In this document: one piece after another, positions 26,507-36,924 of the stretch
How the letters are laid out: every line of letters starts with the position of its first letter
Position numbering within the stretch: position 1 is the first letter of the stretch
DNA from: Candidatus Binatia bacterium
Lineage (GTDB): Bacteria; Desulfobacterota; Binatia; Bin18
Assembly (NCBI GenBank): GCA_963664395.2
Contig: OY761159.2
Location: 3,360,001 to 3,424,000 of the forward strand
Direction of reading: 5' to 3'
DNA: 64,000 bases
Notes under the pieces: generated by a model
Told to the model about the DNA's origin: nothing
The model's input: only the letters and a program-made list of their open reading frames with translations
The model's database searches: none
Made by a program: the position numbers and the translations under genes

Positions 26507-27691
26507 TCAGGCGGGGTCTGACTGACCGGCGAGTTCTCGGGCGAGCCAGCGGTAGAACTGGGCAATCGTCTGCTCGAACGGACTCAGCGGCCCGCGCGCG
26601 GCCTTGCTCGAATGCATCGCCTTGGCGAGTTCGGTGGTCGCCAGCCGGTCCTGCTCGTTGACGCGCTGCATGATCCCACGGCGTTGCTCGCCGATATCCG
26701 GGGCGACTTCAAGCAGGTCCGGTGACACCAGGTAGCCGCCCAGGATGCCGGTGCGCTCGGCTGCCTGCGGGTGGAAGCTCAACCAGTTGTTACCGTTGGG
26801 CCGCATCGCCATGGTAAACGCCGGCCAGATATAGACCATATAGCCGGTGGTGAGGTCTTCTTCGGTGAACGTGTCCAGGCGTCCTTTGGGTGTCATGGTA
26901 TGGCCGCCGGATTTGAACGCCTCGTTCATGCGGCAGCGCATATGGGTGAAGGATAAATCCGCGGGCGGCGGCGGGGTATACGAATTCTGGCCCGGCATAG
27001 CGTCCTGCACCGTGTCGCTGTGCAGCCCGATGTGGTGGTAATACTCCATCGAATTCTCCGCCGAGAGTTTCCAGTTACCGTTCCAGACGGATTCGTAATG
27101 AAAAATCTCTTTCTGCTCGGCCACGCGATAGTTGGCGATATAGCCTTCGAGGGTTTGCATCCGGGCGGCGAGTGGGGGCGCGTCTTCATCGAGGTTGACG
27201 AACAGAAATCCGAACCATTCTTCGAGCCGATAGCACGGCAGGCCGCATTGATCACGGTCGAAGCGGCGCGATCCTTCCATATACGGTGCGGAAAGCAGGC
27301 GGCCGTCGGTCGCATACGTCCAGGCATGATAGGGACAGACGAAGCGGCGCGTGCTGCCCGAGTCCTGTACGAGCGGCATGGAACGGTGCCGACAGATGTT
27401 TGACAACGCCCGGATCTCGCCGTCGTCGCCGCGTACGATGATGAGCATATCACCCAGGACCTCGCAGGCATAATAGTCGCCGGGATTGGGGATATATTCC
27501 GCGCGCCCGACACACAGCCAGGCGGTCTTGAAAATTTTCTCGACCTCCAGTGTGTACAGCTCGGACGACCGGTACGCCGCGGGCGGCAGGCTGAGGCAGT
27601 CGGTGTCGTCGAGCGCAAGATACTCGCCGAGCACCGCGAGCAATTGTGCCAGCGTCGGCGGTGGTGTTACATCGACCATGCGGGCATTCAA
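26507..27691 (-). CDS. Rieske non-heme iron oxygenase alpha subunit
   Basis: CRHR...CPYH Rieske motif; NWK..ENSMEYYH..LH iron-binding motif. Confidence 0.92.
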   Translation of the reverse strand: MNARMVDVTPPPTLAQLLAVLGEYLALDDTDCLSLPPAAYRSSELYTLEVEKIFKTAWLCVGRAEYIPNPGDYYACEVLGDMLIIVRGDDGEIRALSNICRHRSMPLVQDSGSTRRFVCPYHAWTYATDGRLLSAPYMEGSRRFDRDQCGLPCYRLEEWFGFLFVNLDEDAPPLAARMQTLEGYIANYRVAEQKEIFHYESVWNGNWKLSAENSMEYYHHIGLHSDTVQDAMPGQNSYTPPPPADLSFTHMRCRMNEAFKSGGHTMTPKGRLDTFTEEDLTTGYMVYIWPAFTMAMRPNGNNWLSFHPQAAERTGILGGYLVSPDLLEVAPDIGEQRRGIMQRVNEQDRLATTELAKAMHSSKAARGPLSPFEQTIAQFYRWLARELAGQSDPA

Positions 27692-27734
27692 TCACGAAAC
27701 CGGACACAGGGGAAAGTCCTGTGGACGCAGTGTG

Positions 27735-29564
27735 TCAGCGGCTTTGTCGATAGAAGAACAGCAGCGCGGCCAGTGCGGCAATAATGCTCAGCCCGGTTTG
27801 CAGCCCGTCCGACAGACCAAGCTGGAGTCGAGAGAACCCCAGGCTGGCGGCCAGTGCAATGCCTACGCCGGTCAGGGCTTCGCCCGCAATGGCACCCGAG
27901 GCCAGCAGCACGCCGGGCTGCTGGGTTGATGCCGTGCGGTGGAGGAGCGCGGAGAGAATGCCGCCCAGAAAAATCGGGACGCTCAACCCGAAGGGGAGGT
28001 ATATGCCGACCGCAATCGGCATGAGGTGCAGCCGGAAAGCAGCTCCGCGCTTTTCGAGTGTACGATCCACTGCGACCAGCGCGAGACCGAGCACGGCACC
28101 GCTCCCGACCAGATTCCAGGGCAGATGCCCGTCGCCAAAAAAGCCACGCGCCAGGCTGGCAAACAGTTGCGCCTGGGGAGCGGCGAGTTCCTTGCCGCCA
28201 ATACCGCCTGGGGTGTAGTCGTGCAGCAATTGCAATACAGGAGCCATAATAAGCGCGGCCACTGCCACGCCGCCTATCTGCATCATCTGCTGGCGGCGCG
28301 GAGAGGCTCCGACCAACTGGCCGGTCTTGAGATCGTTACACACATCACCGGCCGTACACGCCGTACAGCACACCACCGCGGCCACGCCCAGGGTTGCCAG
28401 CATGCCGGTCGTGCCCGTAAAGCCAAACAGGACGAGCATGACCCCGGTAGCCAGCACGGTGGTGATGGTCATACCTGAGACCGGGCTGTTGGAGTTGCCA
28501 ACCAGACCAACGATATAACTGGCCACCGCGGTAAAAAAGAAGGCCATGACAACCATGATAGCCGTTGCGGTCAGGGTGACATCCAGCCGTCCGGTAAAGA
28601 GAAAATAGACACTGCCGATGAGGGCAACGCACACTAGGCTGAGGACGATAATCCAGGTCCGGGGAATGTCTTCCTGAGTGGGGTCGGCCTGAAACAGTTC
28701 TCCTGTTTTATGCGGAGTCCGGGTCAGCGCACGGACGGCTTCCAGCAGGCCATGCCGCACGTGCATAATGGCCACCAGGCCGCCCACGACCATGGCGCCG
28801 ACGCCGATATAGCGTACCTGCTGTGACCAGACGGCATAGGCGCGTTCAATCGGATTTTCGGGAATGGAGGTGCCCGCACTCAAAATGGGCAGCGCCACCA
28901 GCCAGCCGAGTGCTCCGCCCAGAAACACGAGGGCGGCGATATTGAGCCGGACGATCATGCCCACGCCTAATAGGGCGACTGACATATCGCTGCCCAGATA
29001 CACCACACTTTTGCCCACGATCCAGGCCCCTTCGAGTGTGCCTTTGAGTACGCCGACAAAACTCATCAGCGCCTTGAAGACAAAACCAAACAGGGCTCCC
29101 TGGATGACCTGACGGGCGTCCCGGTCGTCGGCCTGTTGACCGGTCCGCAGCACTGCGGCACACGCCACGCCTTCGGGAAAGGGCAGGGTGTCGGCAGTGA
29201 CAAACACCCGCCGCATCGGAATCATGAGCACAATCCCCAGCAGGCCGCCGGCCAGGGCAACCAGCGTGGTCAAGACCAGGTCAAACTCGTGCCAGACGCC
29301 GACCAGGACCAGGGCCGGCATGGTAAAAATAATGCCGGCGGCCAAGGACTCCCCCGCGGACGCCGCGGTCTGGGCCTGGTTGGCTTCAAGCACAGAGCCT
29401 CTACCGAGCATGACGCGCAAGAGCAGCATGGAGACCACCGCAGCCGGAATAGAGGCCGACACTGTCATGCCGACCTTCAGGCCCAGATAGACGTTGGCCG
29501 CGCCCATGATCACGGCCAGGGCCAGCCCTATGGATACGGAGTAGACCGTCAGTTCCTGCCGCAT
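27735..29564 (-). CDS. OPT family oligopeptide transporter
   Basis: ANVYLGLKVGMTVSASIPAAV, LPFPEG, NSPVSG, DLKTG and APQA motifs. Confidence 0.93.
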   Translation of the reverse strand: MRQELTVYSVSIGLALAVIMGAANVYLGLKVGMTVSASIPAAVVSMLLLRVMLGRGSVLEANQAQTAASAGESLAAGIIFTMPALVLVGVWHEFDLVLTTLVALAGGLLGIVLMIPMRRVFVTADTLPFPEGVACAAVLRTGQQADDRDARQVIQGALFGFVFKALMSFVGVLKGTLEGAWIVGKSVVYLGSDMSVALLGVGMIVRLNIAALVFLGGALGWLVALPILSAGTSIPENPIERAYAVWSQQVRYIGVGAMVVGGLVAIMHVRHGLLEAVRALTRTPHKTGELFQADPTQEDIPRTWIIVLSLVCVALIGSVYFLFTGRLDVTLTATAIMVVMAFFFTAVASYIVGLVGNSNSPVSGMTITTVLATGVMLVLFGFTGTTGMLATLGVAAVVCCTACTAGDVCNDLKTGQLVGASPRRQQMMQIGGVAVAALIMAPVLQLLHDYTPGGIGGKELAAPQAQLFASLARGFFGDGHLPWNLVGSGAVLGLALVAVDRTLEKRGAAFRLHLMPIAVGIYLPFGLSVPIFLGGILSALLHRTASTQQPGVLLASGAIAGEALTGVGIALAASLGFSRLQLGLSDGLQTGLSIIAALAALLFFYRQSR

Positions 29565-29759
29565 ACGCTGTCACTTAGCCTGTTCTTGGCAATGTCGAAA
29601 GACTGGCCGTGTTCTCCTCCCTCGCCCCCGAGGGGAGAGGGGGAATAGCCCTACTGAGATGCGCTCATCCTGTCGAACGTCTTGTCAGCGCAGGGCAAAG
29701 CTTCTACAAGCATTTCCAGGGAGCACCGGCCCGTTATGGCCAGTGAGAATTGAAGTCTG

Positions 29760-31814
29760 ATGTCCTACCGTCTTGGTGTTGATGTGGGCGGCACTTTTAC
29801 CGACTGCCTGCTGATTGACGAAGAACGTGGCAGCGCCGTCACAGCCAAGGTGCCGTCAACGCCGGCCGACCCGTCTCTTGGGGTGCTCAACGGGATTGCG
29901 CTGGTGTGCGAACGGGCCGGGGCGGACGCCCGCAATATCGCTCACGTGCTGCACGGCACGACCGTTGCGACCAACGCCATCCTGACCGGCAGTGGCGCGC
30001 GGGTTGGCTTGGTGACAACCCAGGGCTACCGCCAGGTGTTACAGATTGCGCGCTCCTTTGTCCCCGGCGCGCTGAGCGGTTGGGTGCTGTATGACAAAAG
30101 CGAACCGCTGGCGCCGCTGGAATGTACGGTTGAGGTGTCCGAACGCATCAGTGCCACGGGCGAGATCATTGAACCTTTGGATGAAGCCCAAGCCCGCCGG
30201 GCGTTGCGGAGCTTGCGGGCACGTCAGATCCAAGCCCTGACGATTTCTTTAATCAATGCGTATGCAAACGGCAGGCATGAACACCGTTTACGTACGCTGG
30301 CAGAGGAAGAGCTGCCCGGCCTGCCCGTTTCTCTCTCGTCCGAGGTCATTCCGGAAATGCAGGAATATGAGCGGACCATTACCACGGTGGCGAATTCCTA
30401 CGTCCGTCCTGTTGTCGAAACCTATGTGCAGAACCTGAAGACTGAGCTGGCCAAGACCATGCGGGAGCCTAAGCTCCACATCCTGCGCTCGGACGGCGGG
30501 CTGGCCTCGGCTCAGGCCGCCGGCCAGTATCCTGTCAATTTGCTGATGAGCGGACCGGCCGGCGGGGTCTCGGGAGCCATTTGGGTGGCGGGGCAGGCCG
30601 GCTATCGGAATCTGCTGACGTTTGATATGGGCGGCACTTCGACCGACGTTGCCCTGGTTCAGGATGGGAAAGCCCAACTCCGGCGTGAGACCACGGTTGG
30701 AGATATCACGGTCCGGGCGTCCTCCGTTGATGTCCGCTCCGTTGGCGCCGGCGGTGGCTCGATTGCCCATGTGCCGGAGTTGACCGCCGCACTCCGGGTG
30801 GGGCCGCATAGTGCCGGCGCTGATCCTGGTCCGGCCTGCTATGGCAAAGGCGGCGGTGAGCCCACCGTGACGGATGCCAACCTCGTGCTCGGCTATTTGC
30901 CGGCCGTGACCCGACTGGGTGGAGAAATGGTCCTCGATCACGCCGCGGCCGAGCAGGCTGTCGGCACGGTCGCGCGCGGTCTGGGCCTGTCGGTCAAACA
31001 GGCTGCGGCCGGCATCATTGATATTGTGAATGAAAAAATGTTCAGCGCTCTGCGCCTCATATCGGTTCAGCAGGGCATTGATCCGCGCGACTATGCCCTG
31101 ATTGCCTTCGGCGGGGCAGGTCCTTTGCATGCCAATGCCTTGGCTAGGTTGTTAGGGGCCTGGCCGGTGATGATTCCGAGAGGACCGGGCGTGTTGTGCG
31201 CCTACGGTGACGCCACAACCCGGCTGCGCAACGAAACCTCCCGAACCCTGTTGCGTCCTTTTTCACAGCTTGAGACCGCGGAAGTGGTTGCCGTGTGCGA
31301 CGAACTCGCCCTGGACGCGGCCCGAGCGCTTGACGCCGAAGACGTGCCGCGCGCAGAACAAACGACCAGCTTTGAGATCGACGTCCGCTATCACGGTCAG
31401 GGCACGCTGCTCACCCTGGAACTGGAGCGCCGGGAGTTGCAGCGCACGGGCCTGCCGGCCGTGGGAGAGCGGTTTGATCGCCTGCACGAGCAGTTGTACA
31501 CCTTTGCGCTCGACTCCGACCGTGAACTGGTGAATATCCGGGCCGTCGTGCAGGGCACGGCTACCACGGTGACGCCCTATCGCGCCGAGCCGGGAGACGG
31601 CAATCCGGCCCGCGCGGCAATGGGGGAACAGCCGGTGTTCCTCGACAATACGGATCGGCCGGCTGTGATCTACGACCGGGCGCGGTTGCGGGCACGGGAT
31701 GTCATACGCGGTCCGGCCATTGTCATGGAAATGGACTCGACCAGCTTGATTCTGTCCGACCATGTCGGACAGGTCGATGCGTCCGGCAATATTCTTATCA
31801 GACCGGACTCCTGA
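29760..31814 (+). CDS. hyuA: Hydantoinase A / 5-oxoprolinase family subunit
   Basis: GVDVGGTFTD, HGTTVATN, SGPAGG, DMGGTSTD and GAGGGS motifs. Confidence 0.93.
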   Translation: MSYRLGVDVGGTFTDCLLIDEERGSAVTAKVPSTPADPSLGVLNGIALVCERAGADARNIAHVLHGTTVATNAILTGSGARVGLVTTQGYRQVLQIARSFVPGALSGWVLYDKSEPLAPLECTVEVSERISATGEIIEPLDEAQARRALRSLRARQIQALTISLINAYANGRHEHRLRTLAEEELPGLPVSLSSEVIPEMQEYERTITTVANSYVRPVVETYVQNLKTELAKTMREPKLHILRSDGGLASAQAAGQYPVNLLMSGPAGGVSGAIWVAGQAGYRNLLTFDMGGTSTDVALVQDGKAQLRRETTVGDITVRASSVDVRSVGAGGGSIAHVPELTAALRVGPHSAGADPGPACYGKGGGEPTVTDANLVLGYLPAVTRLGGEMVLDHAAAEQAVGTVARGLGLSVKQAAAGIIDIVNEKMFSALRLISVQQGIDPRDYALIAFGGAGPLHANALARLLGAWPVMIPRGPGVLCAYGDATTRLRNETSRTLLRPFSQLETAEVVAVCDELALDAARALDAEDVPRAEQTTSFEIDVRYHGQGTLLTLELERRELQRTGLPAVGERFDRLHEQLYTFALDSDRELVNIRAVVQGTATTVTPYRAEPGDGNPARAAMGEQPVFLDNTDRPAVIYDRARLRARDVIRGPAIVMEMDSTSLILSDHVGQVDASGNILIRPDS

Positions 31815-31906
31815 GTACGCCATGCGGGCGCAATGCAGAACAGATGAGCGAATCGTCAAACAGACCTTCAGACCTTCGACTTTCAACCTAATAAGGAGCA
31901 CCTACC

Positions 31907-33817
31907 ATGCCGGCCACGATTATTGAGCCTCACCCCAAATCGCTCACTCGCGTTCGGGTTGATCCGATTACGCTCGACCTGATTGAAAACGGCCTGGTTG
32001 CGGCCCGGGAACAAATGGACGCCCTGCTGTTTCGGACCGCCATGTCGCCGATTATCCGCGATCAGCGCGATGGCTTTCCGGTCATTACCGACCGAGACGG
32101 CAGGCTGCTGGCCGGACAGTTTGGCTCGCCGGTGCATGGTTTCACCGAGTTTTATGACGGCAGGATTGAAGCGGGCGATATTTTTCTGACCTCCGACCCC
32201 TATTCGTGTAACGGCGCCATCAGCCACGCCAATGACTGGCTGGTGTGCATGCCCGTGTTCAGGCATGGCCGGCTGATCAATTGGTCCGCCATGTTTGGTC
32301 ATATGGCTGATATCGGTGGCAAGGTGCCGGGCAGTATGCCGACCGATTCCGAACAAATATTTGAAGAAGGGATTTGTATCCCGCCGGTCAAAATTTTCAG
32401 TCAAGGCCAACTCCAGGAGGACGTCTTGCGCGTTATCCTGCATAACTGCCGCATTCCGGAATGGAACCGGGGAGATTTCCATTCCATTGTGGCGGCGTGT
32501 CGGATTGGCGGCAGCCGCTGTGTTGAAATGGCCGAGCGCTTTGGTGAGGAGGTGTATGTATCGGCGCTGCACGATCTCCTGGAGCGCAATCGGCGCGCCA
32601 TGCGGAAGCTCATTGGTGAGACCATCTCGGAAGAGAAGCGGTATTTTGAGGACTATATCTGTGATGACGGCATGGGCATGGGCCCGTACAAAATTGCCTG
32701 TAGCCTGTGGCGTGAAGGCGAGCGGATTATTTTTGACTTCACCGGCACCGACCCTCAGTCGGTTGGCTCGATTAATTTTCTCCTGAGCGAGCAGATGTTT
32801 CGTATGTTCTGCGGCCAGTTCATGATTAACTTTTTTGATCCGCAGATTCTCCTGAACGGCGGGTTTTTCGATCTGGTTGATGTGCGTATTCCTGAGGGCT
32901 GCCTGCTCAAGCCGCTCAAGCCGGCGGCCTTGACGAGCCGCACCCACGCCCTGGCCCGTATCTTTGATGTCTTGAGTGGCTTGTTAGGCCAGTCCAACCC
33001 CGACTATATGTGCGCGGCAGGATTCTCGGACAGCCCGCACCTGATGTATTCGGGCTACGACCACGACGGGAACTGGTTCCTGCTCTTCCAGATTGGCTTT
33101 GGTGGTATTCCCGGCAAGCCCGGCGGTGACGGGCCGGACGGCCACTCTTTATGGCCGAAGTTCATGAATGTCCCGAACGAATTCATTGAGAGCTATTTCC
33201 CGGTGCGGATTGAGTGTTACGAGACCATCCCGGATAGTGGCGGTCCGGGCCTGCACCGGGGCGGCAACGCCATGAACGTGGGCTATCGGTTCCTGGCCGC
33301 GGGTGTGATTTCCGTACACGACGATCGCTGGTTGACCTATCCGTGGGGAGTACGGGGCGGCCTGCCGGGTGGCCGGAGTGTGAAAATAGTAGAGCGCACG
33401 GACGGCAGGCGTGAGCTGCTGCCGTCCAAGTGTGATCGGGTTCGGGTTGAAGTTGGAGACAGACTGCTGTTCAAGACCTGGGGCGGCGGCGGCTGGGGCA
33501 ATCCGCTGGAACGTCCAGCCCATAAAGTCGCCACCGACGTGGACCGGGGACTGGTGACGCGGGAAGGGGCCAAACGCTACGGCGTGGTCCTACGGGAAGA
33601 CCTGAGTGTGGATGAGCCGGCCACAACCGCGCTCCGCACCGAGCTGGCGCAGCAACGGGGTCCAGCCCCGACAACCTTTGCCGCCTGGGTGCAGGCTCGG
33701 CAAGGGAAGACACCGGTTGTGAGCCGCGCCAAAGTCAGGCAGCCGGTATCCGCATCAACGGAAACGGAGTCTCCAGGCAGGACTTTTCTACCGGAGCAGC
33801 GGGCGCAGGATGTCTGA
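31907..33817 (+). CDS. hyuB: Hydantoinase B / 5-oxoprolinase family subunit; C-terminus rearranged
   Basis: RTAMSPIIR, SDPY...HAND, GHMADIGG, DSGGPG and TWGGGGWG motifs. Confidence 0.92.
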   Translation: MPATIIEPHPKSLTRVRVDPITLDLIENGLVAAREQMDALLFRTAMSPIIRDQRDGFPVITDRDGRLLAGQFGSPVHGFTEFYDGRIEAGDIFLTSDPYSCNGAISHANDWLVCMPVFRHGRLINWSAMFGHMADIGGKVPGSMPTDSEQIFEEGICIPPVKIFSQGQLQEDVLRVILHNCRIPEWNRGDFHSIVAACRIGGSRCVEMAERFGEEVYVSALHDLLERNRRAMRKLIGETISEEKRYFEDYICDDGMGMGPYKIACSLWREGERIIFDFTGTDPQSVGSINFLLSEQMFRMFCGQFMINFFDPQILLNGGFFDLVDVRIPEGCLLKPLKPAALTSRTHALARIFDVLSGLLGQSNPDYMCAAGFSDSPHLMYSGYDHDGNWFLLFQIGFGGIPGKPGGDGPDGHSLWPKFMNVPNEFIESYFPVRIECYETIPDSGGPGLHRGGNAMNVGYRFLAAGVISVHDDRWLTYPWGVRGGLPGGRSVKIVERTDGRRELLPSKCDRVRVEVGDRLLFKTWGGGGWGNPLERPAHKVATDVDRGLVTREGAKRYGVVLREDLSVDEPATTALRTELAQQRGPAPTTFAAWVQARQGKTPVVSRAKVRQPVSASTETESPGRTFLPEQRAQDV

Positions 33818-33967
33818 TTCTGTTCCTCTCTTGGCTTGGTTGATTTTAAGAATAGAATAATGCTAGGACGAGGCCGGAATCAAAATTACTACCCTAATAC
33901 TACCTCTTAGCGCGGAAGGTGAACCATGCGTATTACGACGTTTGAGAGGAAGATAAAGCATCTCGAT

Positions 33968-34214
33968 CGCGCTCCGCACCGAGCTGGCGCAGCAACGGGG
34001 TCCAGCCCAGTTGTTCGATTTCGGCGGAACCATTGCCGAGTTGAAAGCGCGCTGCAAAGCGGAGACCGGCTTCGATCCCCCTCAGCCGCCAACCTTTGCC
34101 GCCTGGGTGCAGGCTCGGCAAAGGCATACTGGACTGAATGGCAAGGCAAACGGAGTGCAAGCCGTTGTACCCCGGTCCGGTCATGGCAGCTCTTCGGCTG
34201 AAGCAGAGGTTTGA
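33968..34214 (+). pseudogene. Detached, longer copy of the hyuB 3' end
   Basis: 33968-34008 repeats 33628-33668 and 34090-34121 repeats 33672-33703; reads ALRTELAQQRGPAQLFDFGGTIAELKARCKAETG... Confidence 0.75.
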
Positions 34215-34253
34215 GCAATTCTTCAGATTCCCCTCACCTTACTCAGGCCGGAC

Positions 34254-35129
34254 TCAGGGTTGGTTCAGGCTCCAGTCGTACTCGTAGTCCACTGACCCGG
34301 CAAAGTCCTTGAGCCGGGCCGCGAGTCCTGCCTCGGCGTACTGCATGAGGTGTGCAAACACGGTCTCTTGGCTGTTGCCGAAATCCTCCGCGTACCAGTC
34401 ATAGATGCTCGAAATCATCAGGAAGTCGTCGTCCACGAAACCCACACCGCGCGGGTGATTGATATAGGCACGCGCGGCGGCGTCAAGCAGCGCCTCGGTG
34501 TTGGCGGCGGTAAAGACGGTGGCTGACTGATTCGGACAGCCGTAGCTGGCGCAGTTCGCCGCGTAGTGAATCCGGTTGTCGCCCCAGATGGGCCGCAGGA
34601 TGCCGTGCTCGATATGGTTGAGTGTCAGCTCCTGGCCGGCGACCGTAGCGTGGACGTCGTCCCAGGGGCCGGATAAGGGTATCCAGCTCTCGTGGATGTC
34701 GCGGATGGAATCCACGGGATAGGCGTTGACGACCACCTGTACGGTGAGCGCGTTATAGAAGTTGATCCAGTAGGCCTTCTGTTCGGCCCGGGCATAGGCG
34801 CGCGGGTCATGGGCCTGCAAATGGGCTAAATAGCCGACCAGCTTGGCGGCATCCTCGGCGTTTGCCTTGAGCGCGGCATAGTCGAAGCGGCTGACGCCCG
34901 ACGGATGGGAGCTGAGGTAGGTGGTCAGGAGGCTCTGCCAGGCGCTGTGATCGATGGTTTCGGCATTGGTCTCGTCACTCGCGTTCCAGAAATCGAGCAG
35001 GGCCGATGTGGGCGCAGCCAGGGCGATGGTGGGAGCGACGACGAGCAGGGCTGCGCCGATCAGACCCGGCACCAGCCGACCGCGGCGTCTCGCCCGCGCA
35101 GTGGGTTTCTCGATCCAGGTTTGCTTCAT
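34254..35129 (-). CDS. DUF547 domain secreted protein
   Basis: AYWINFYNALTV, LNHIEHGILR, RIHYAANCASYGCP and SSIYDWYAEDF motifs. Confidence 0.9.
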   Translation of the reverse strand: MKQTWIEKPTARARRRGRLVPGLIGAALLVVAPTIALAAPTSALLDFWNASDETNAETIDHSAWQSLLTTYLSSHPSGVSRFDYAALKANAEDAAKLVGYLAHLQAHDPRAYARAEQKAYWINFYNALTVQVVVNAYPVDSIRDIHESWIPLSGPWDDVHATVAGQELTLNHIEHGILRPIWGDNRIHYAANCASYGCPNQSATVFTAANTEALLDAAARAYINHPRGVGFVDDDFLMISSIYDWYAEDFGNSQETVFAHLMQYAEAGLAARLKDFAGSVDYEYDWSLNQP

Positions 35130-35258
35130 AGCCGTTTCTCCGTCATTTTGCGGGTATTTGTCTTTATAGCTGAGTCTCTTCATAGCGAAAGGCCGGTAGC
35201 CCGAACTCATAGGGCGACTAGGCTCCGGCACCGCAAGCATCCACCCATGCCGACACTA

Positions 35259-35481
35259 GGTAGTGTCTCACTTTGAAATTTCTTCCCCTCGCTGCTGATT
35301 GCCTGCCCATTTTTTTCGACGCCCTCGTCATTTTTTTCACTTCCTACTAATCTTGGTAGGGACAAGGGCGGCAAATTATGCACAGTATCCCTTTATCAGC
35401 GAGGCCAAAACACTGCGGCAGGCGGAGTCAAAGTCCCCCATACGAGAGCGAAATCCAAAGGATTCAAACTGAGACACTACC
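35259..35481. mobile_element. IS1-like MITE, 223 bp (copy 2 of 2)
   Basis: Same TIRs as 20885-21108, inverted; 8-bp target duplication CGACACTA (35251-35258, 35482-35489). Confidence 0.9.
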
Positions 35482-35583
35482 CGACACTAGGGGAGCTTGC
35501 GCTGCTTTTCGGCTTCACACTGGAGTGTTCGGTTCGCTCTCGAAATTATGAAAACGCGCAACAACTTTGTGGGAGGAATCCAA

Positions 35584-35952
35584 ATGAAAGAGATTATCGG
35601 TGTACTGGCCCTGGTCGTCCTTGGGGCACTGTGGCAGGCATCGGCGTCCGCATCCGGCTCCATTTCGATAGGCGGCGGCATAAGCCCCCGAGACGCGTAT
35701 ACGCAGGGCAAGGTGCTCACCTTCAAGAAGTTGGTGTGCACCTCCTGTCCAATCCAGAGGGGCGATTTGGATCAGGCCCGGGCCCTGAGCCTGAAGAACA
35801 GCCTTGAGGCGCGTGATACGGAAAACAAGCCGGGCACACCGGACGACGAACATATCCAGGTGCTGTGTCCGGGCAGCCAGGGGACCGATTGCGGCAGTGT
35901 GGACGAACAGGAACTCGTCCATTATTACCTGATGCGCCGCTACAAGCTGTAA
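35584..35952 (+). CDS. Secreted cysteine-containing hypothetical protein
   Basis: GGAGG RBS, signal peptide MKEIIGVLALVVLGALWQASASA, CTSC motif. Confidence 0.65.
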   Translation: MKEIIGVLALVVLGALWQASASASGSISIGGGISPRDAYTQGKVLTFKKLVCTSCPIQRGDLDQARALSLKNSLEARDTENKPGTPDDEHIQVLCPGSQGTDCGSVDEQELVHYYLMRRYKL

Positions 35953-35997
35953 CTGTGTGATCCGGCGGCCACACCGAGCACGTCCTGGCCGCCCCCA

Positions 35998-36924
35998 ATG
36001 AAGTGGGGAGATCGATACTATGCGACTATCCTGTGTTCCGCGACCTTTGCTCTAGCCACCGTGGCCACGCTACTCCTGACCGCCGTGCCAGCACGCGCGG
36101 GTTCGCCCTGGCTCCCCGCGCCGGGGGCGGGTAACGTCAACTTGTCCTATACCTACCAGACCGCGGACGAATTTTATCGCAACACCACAAAAGTCCCGAC
36201 ACCGGGGAATGTCGGAGAAGATCTCGTCCAGCACACGACATATGTGGAGGTGCGCTACGGATTGTTGGATAATATCGCCATAGATGGGCGTATCGGATAT
36301 GCGCAGAGCCACTATGGTTTTGACCCTTCGCGTGGGAACGGCGCGATCAGTGATAAGAGTCCTGACGGTTTGGCCGATGTGAACCTGGGAATCACCTATC
36401 GTTTCCTTGACGAGACGATCACCGAGAGCCCGCTACTGCCCACTCTCGCCATACGTTTCGGCGGGATCATCGCCGGAGACTACGAAAGCGGTGACATCAA
36501 TTCGATTGGTGATGGCGGTGACGGGTTTGAGATCTCGGGGATGGCCGGCAAGTTTCTGGGCGATATGTTCGTCGTGTCCTCGGAGTTCGGATACCGGAAC
36601 CGCAGCAACGACGTCCCGGACAACCTCTTTTTGAACCTGTCCGGCGGGATAGTGCTTTTCAATCGCATAGTACTGAACATCAGTTACCAGCGCGTTGACA
36701 CCCCGTGGTCCAGCTTCGACATTGGCGATCCCGGATTCTCTCCAATCACAGGGGTCTTTCCCGAACTGAAAGAGGAGATGGAACTCATCGGTGGTGGGTT
36801 CAATGTTGCGGTAACGGACAGCATGAACCTCGGGTTTCAGTATGCGTCGGTCATCGAAGGCCGGAATACCGCGGCGTCCGACGTTTTCAGCGTATCGCTC
36901 GGTTATTCGTTCGACACCTATTGA
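35998..36924 (+). CDS. Putative outer-membrane beta-barrel protein
   Basis: Signal peptide, amphipathic strands, C-terminal FSVSLGYSF. Confidence 0.7.
   Translation: MKWGDRYYATILCSATFALATVATLLLTAVPARAGSPWLPAPGAGNVNLSYTYQTADEFYRNTTKVPTPGNVGEDLVQHTTYVEVRYGLLDNIAIDGRIGYAQSHYGFDPSRGNGAISDKSPDGLADVNLGITYRFLDETITESPLLPTLAIRFGGIIAGDYESGDINSIGDGGDGFEISGMAGKFLGDMFVVSSEFGYRNRSNDVPDNLFLNLSGGIVLFNRIVLNISYQRVDTPWSSFDIGDPGFSPITGVFPELKEEMELIGGGFNVAVTDSMNLGFQYASVIEGRNTAASDVFSVSLGYSFDTY

Noticed and set aside
35584-35952. c-type cytochrome call from the CTSC motif
   Set aside because: The motif is CxxCP, lacking the His of CxxCH.
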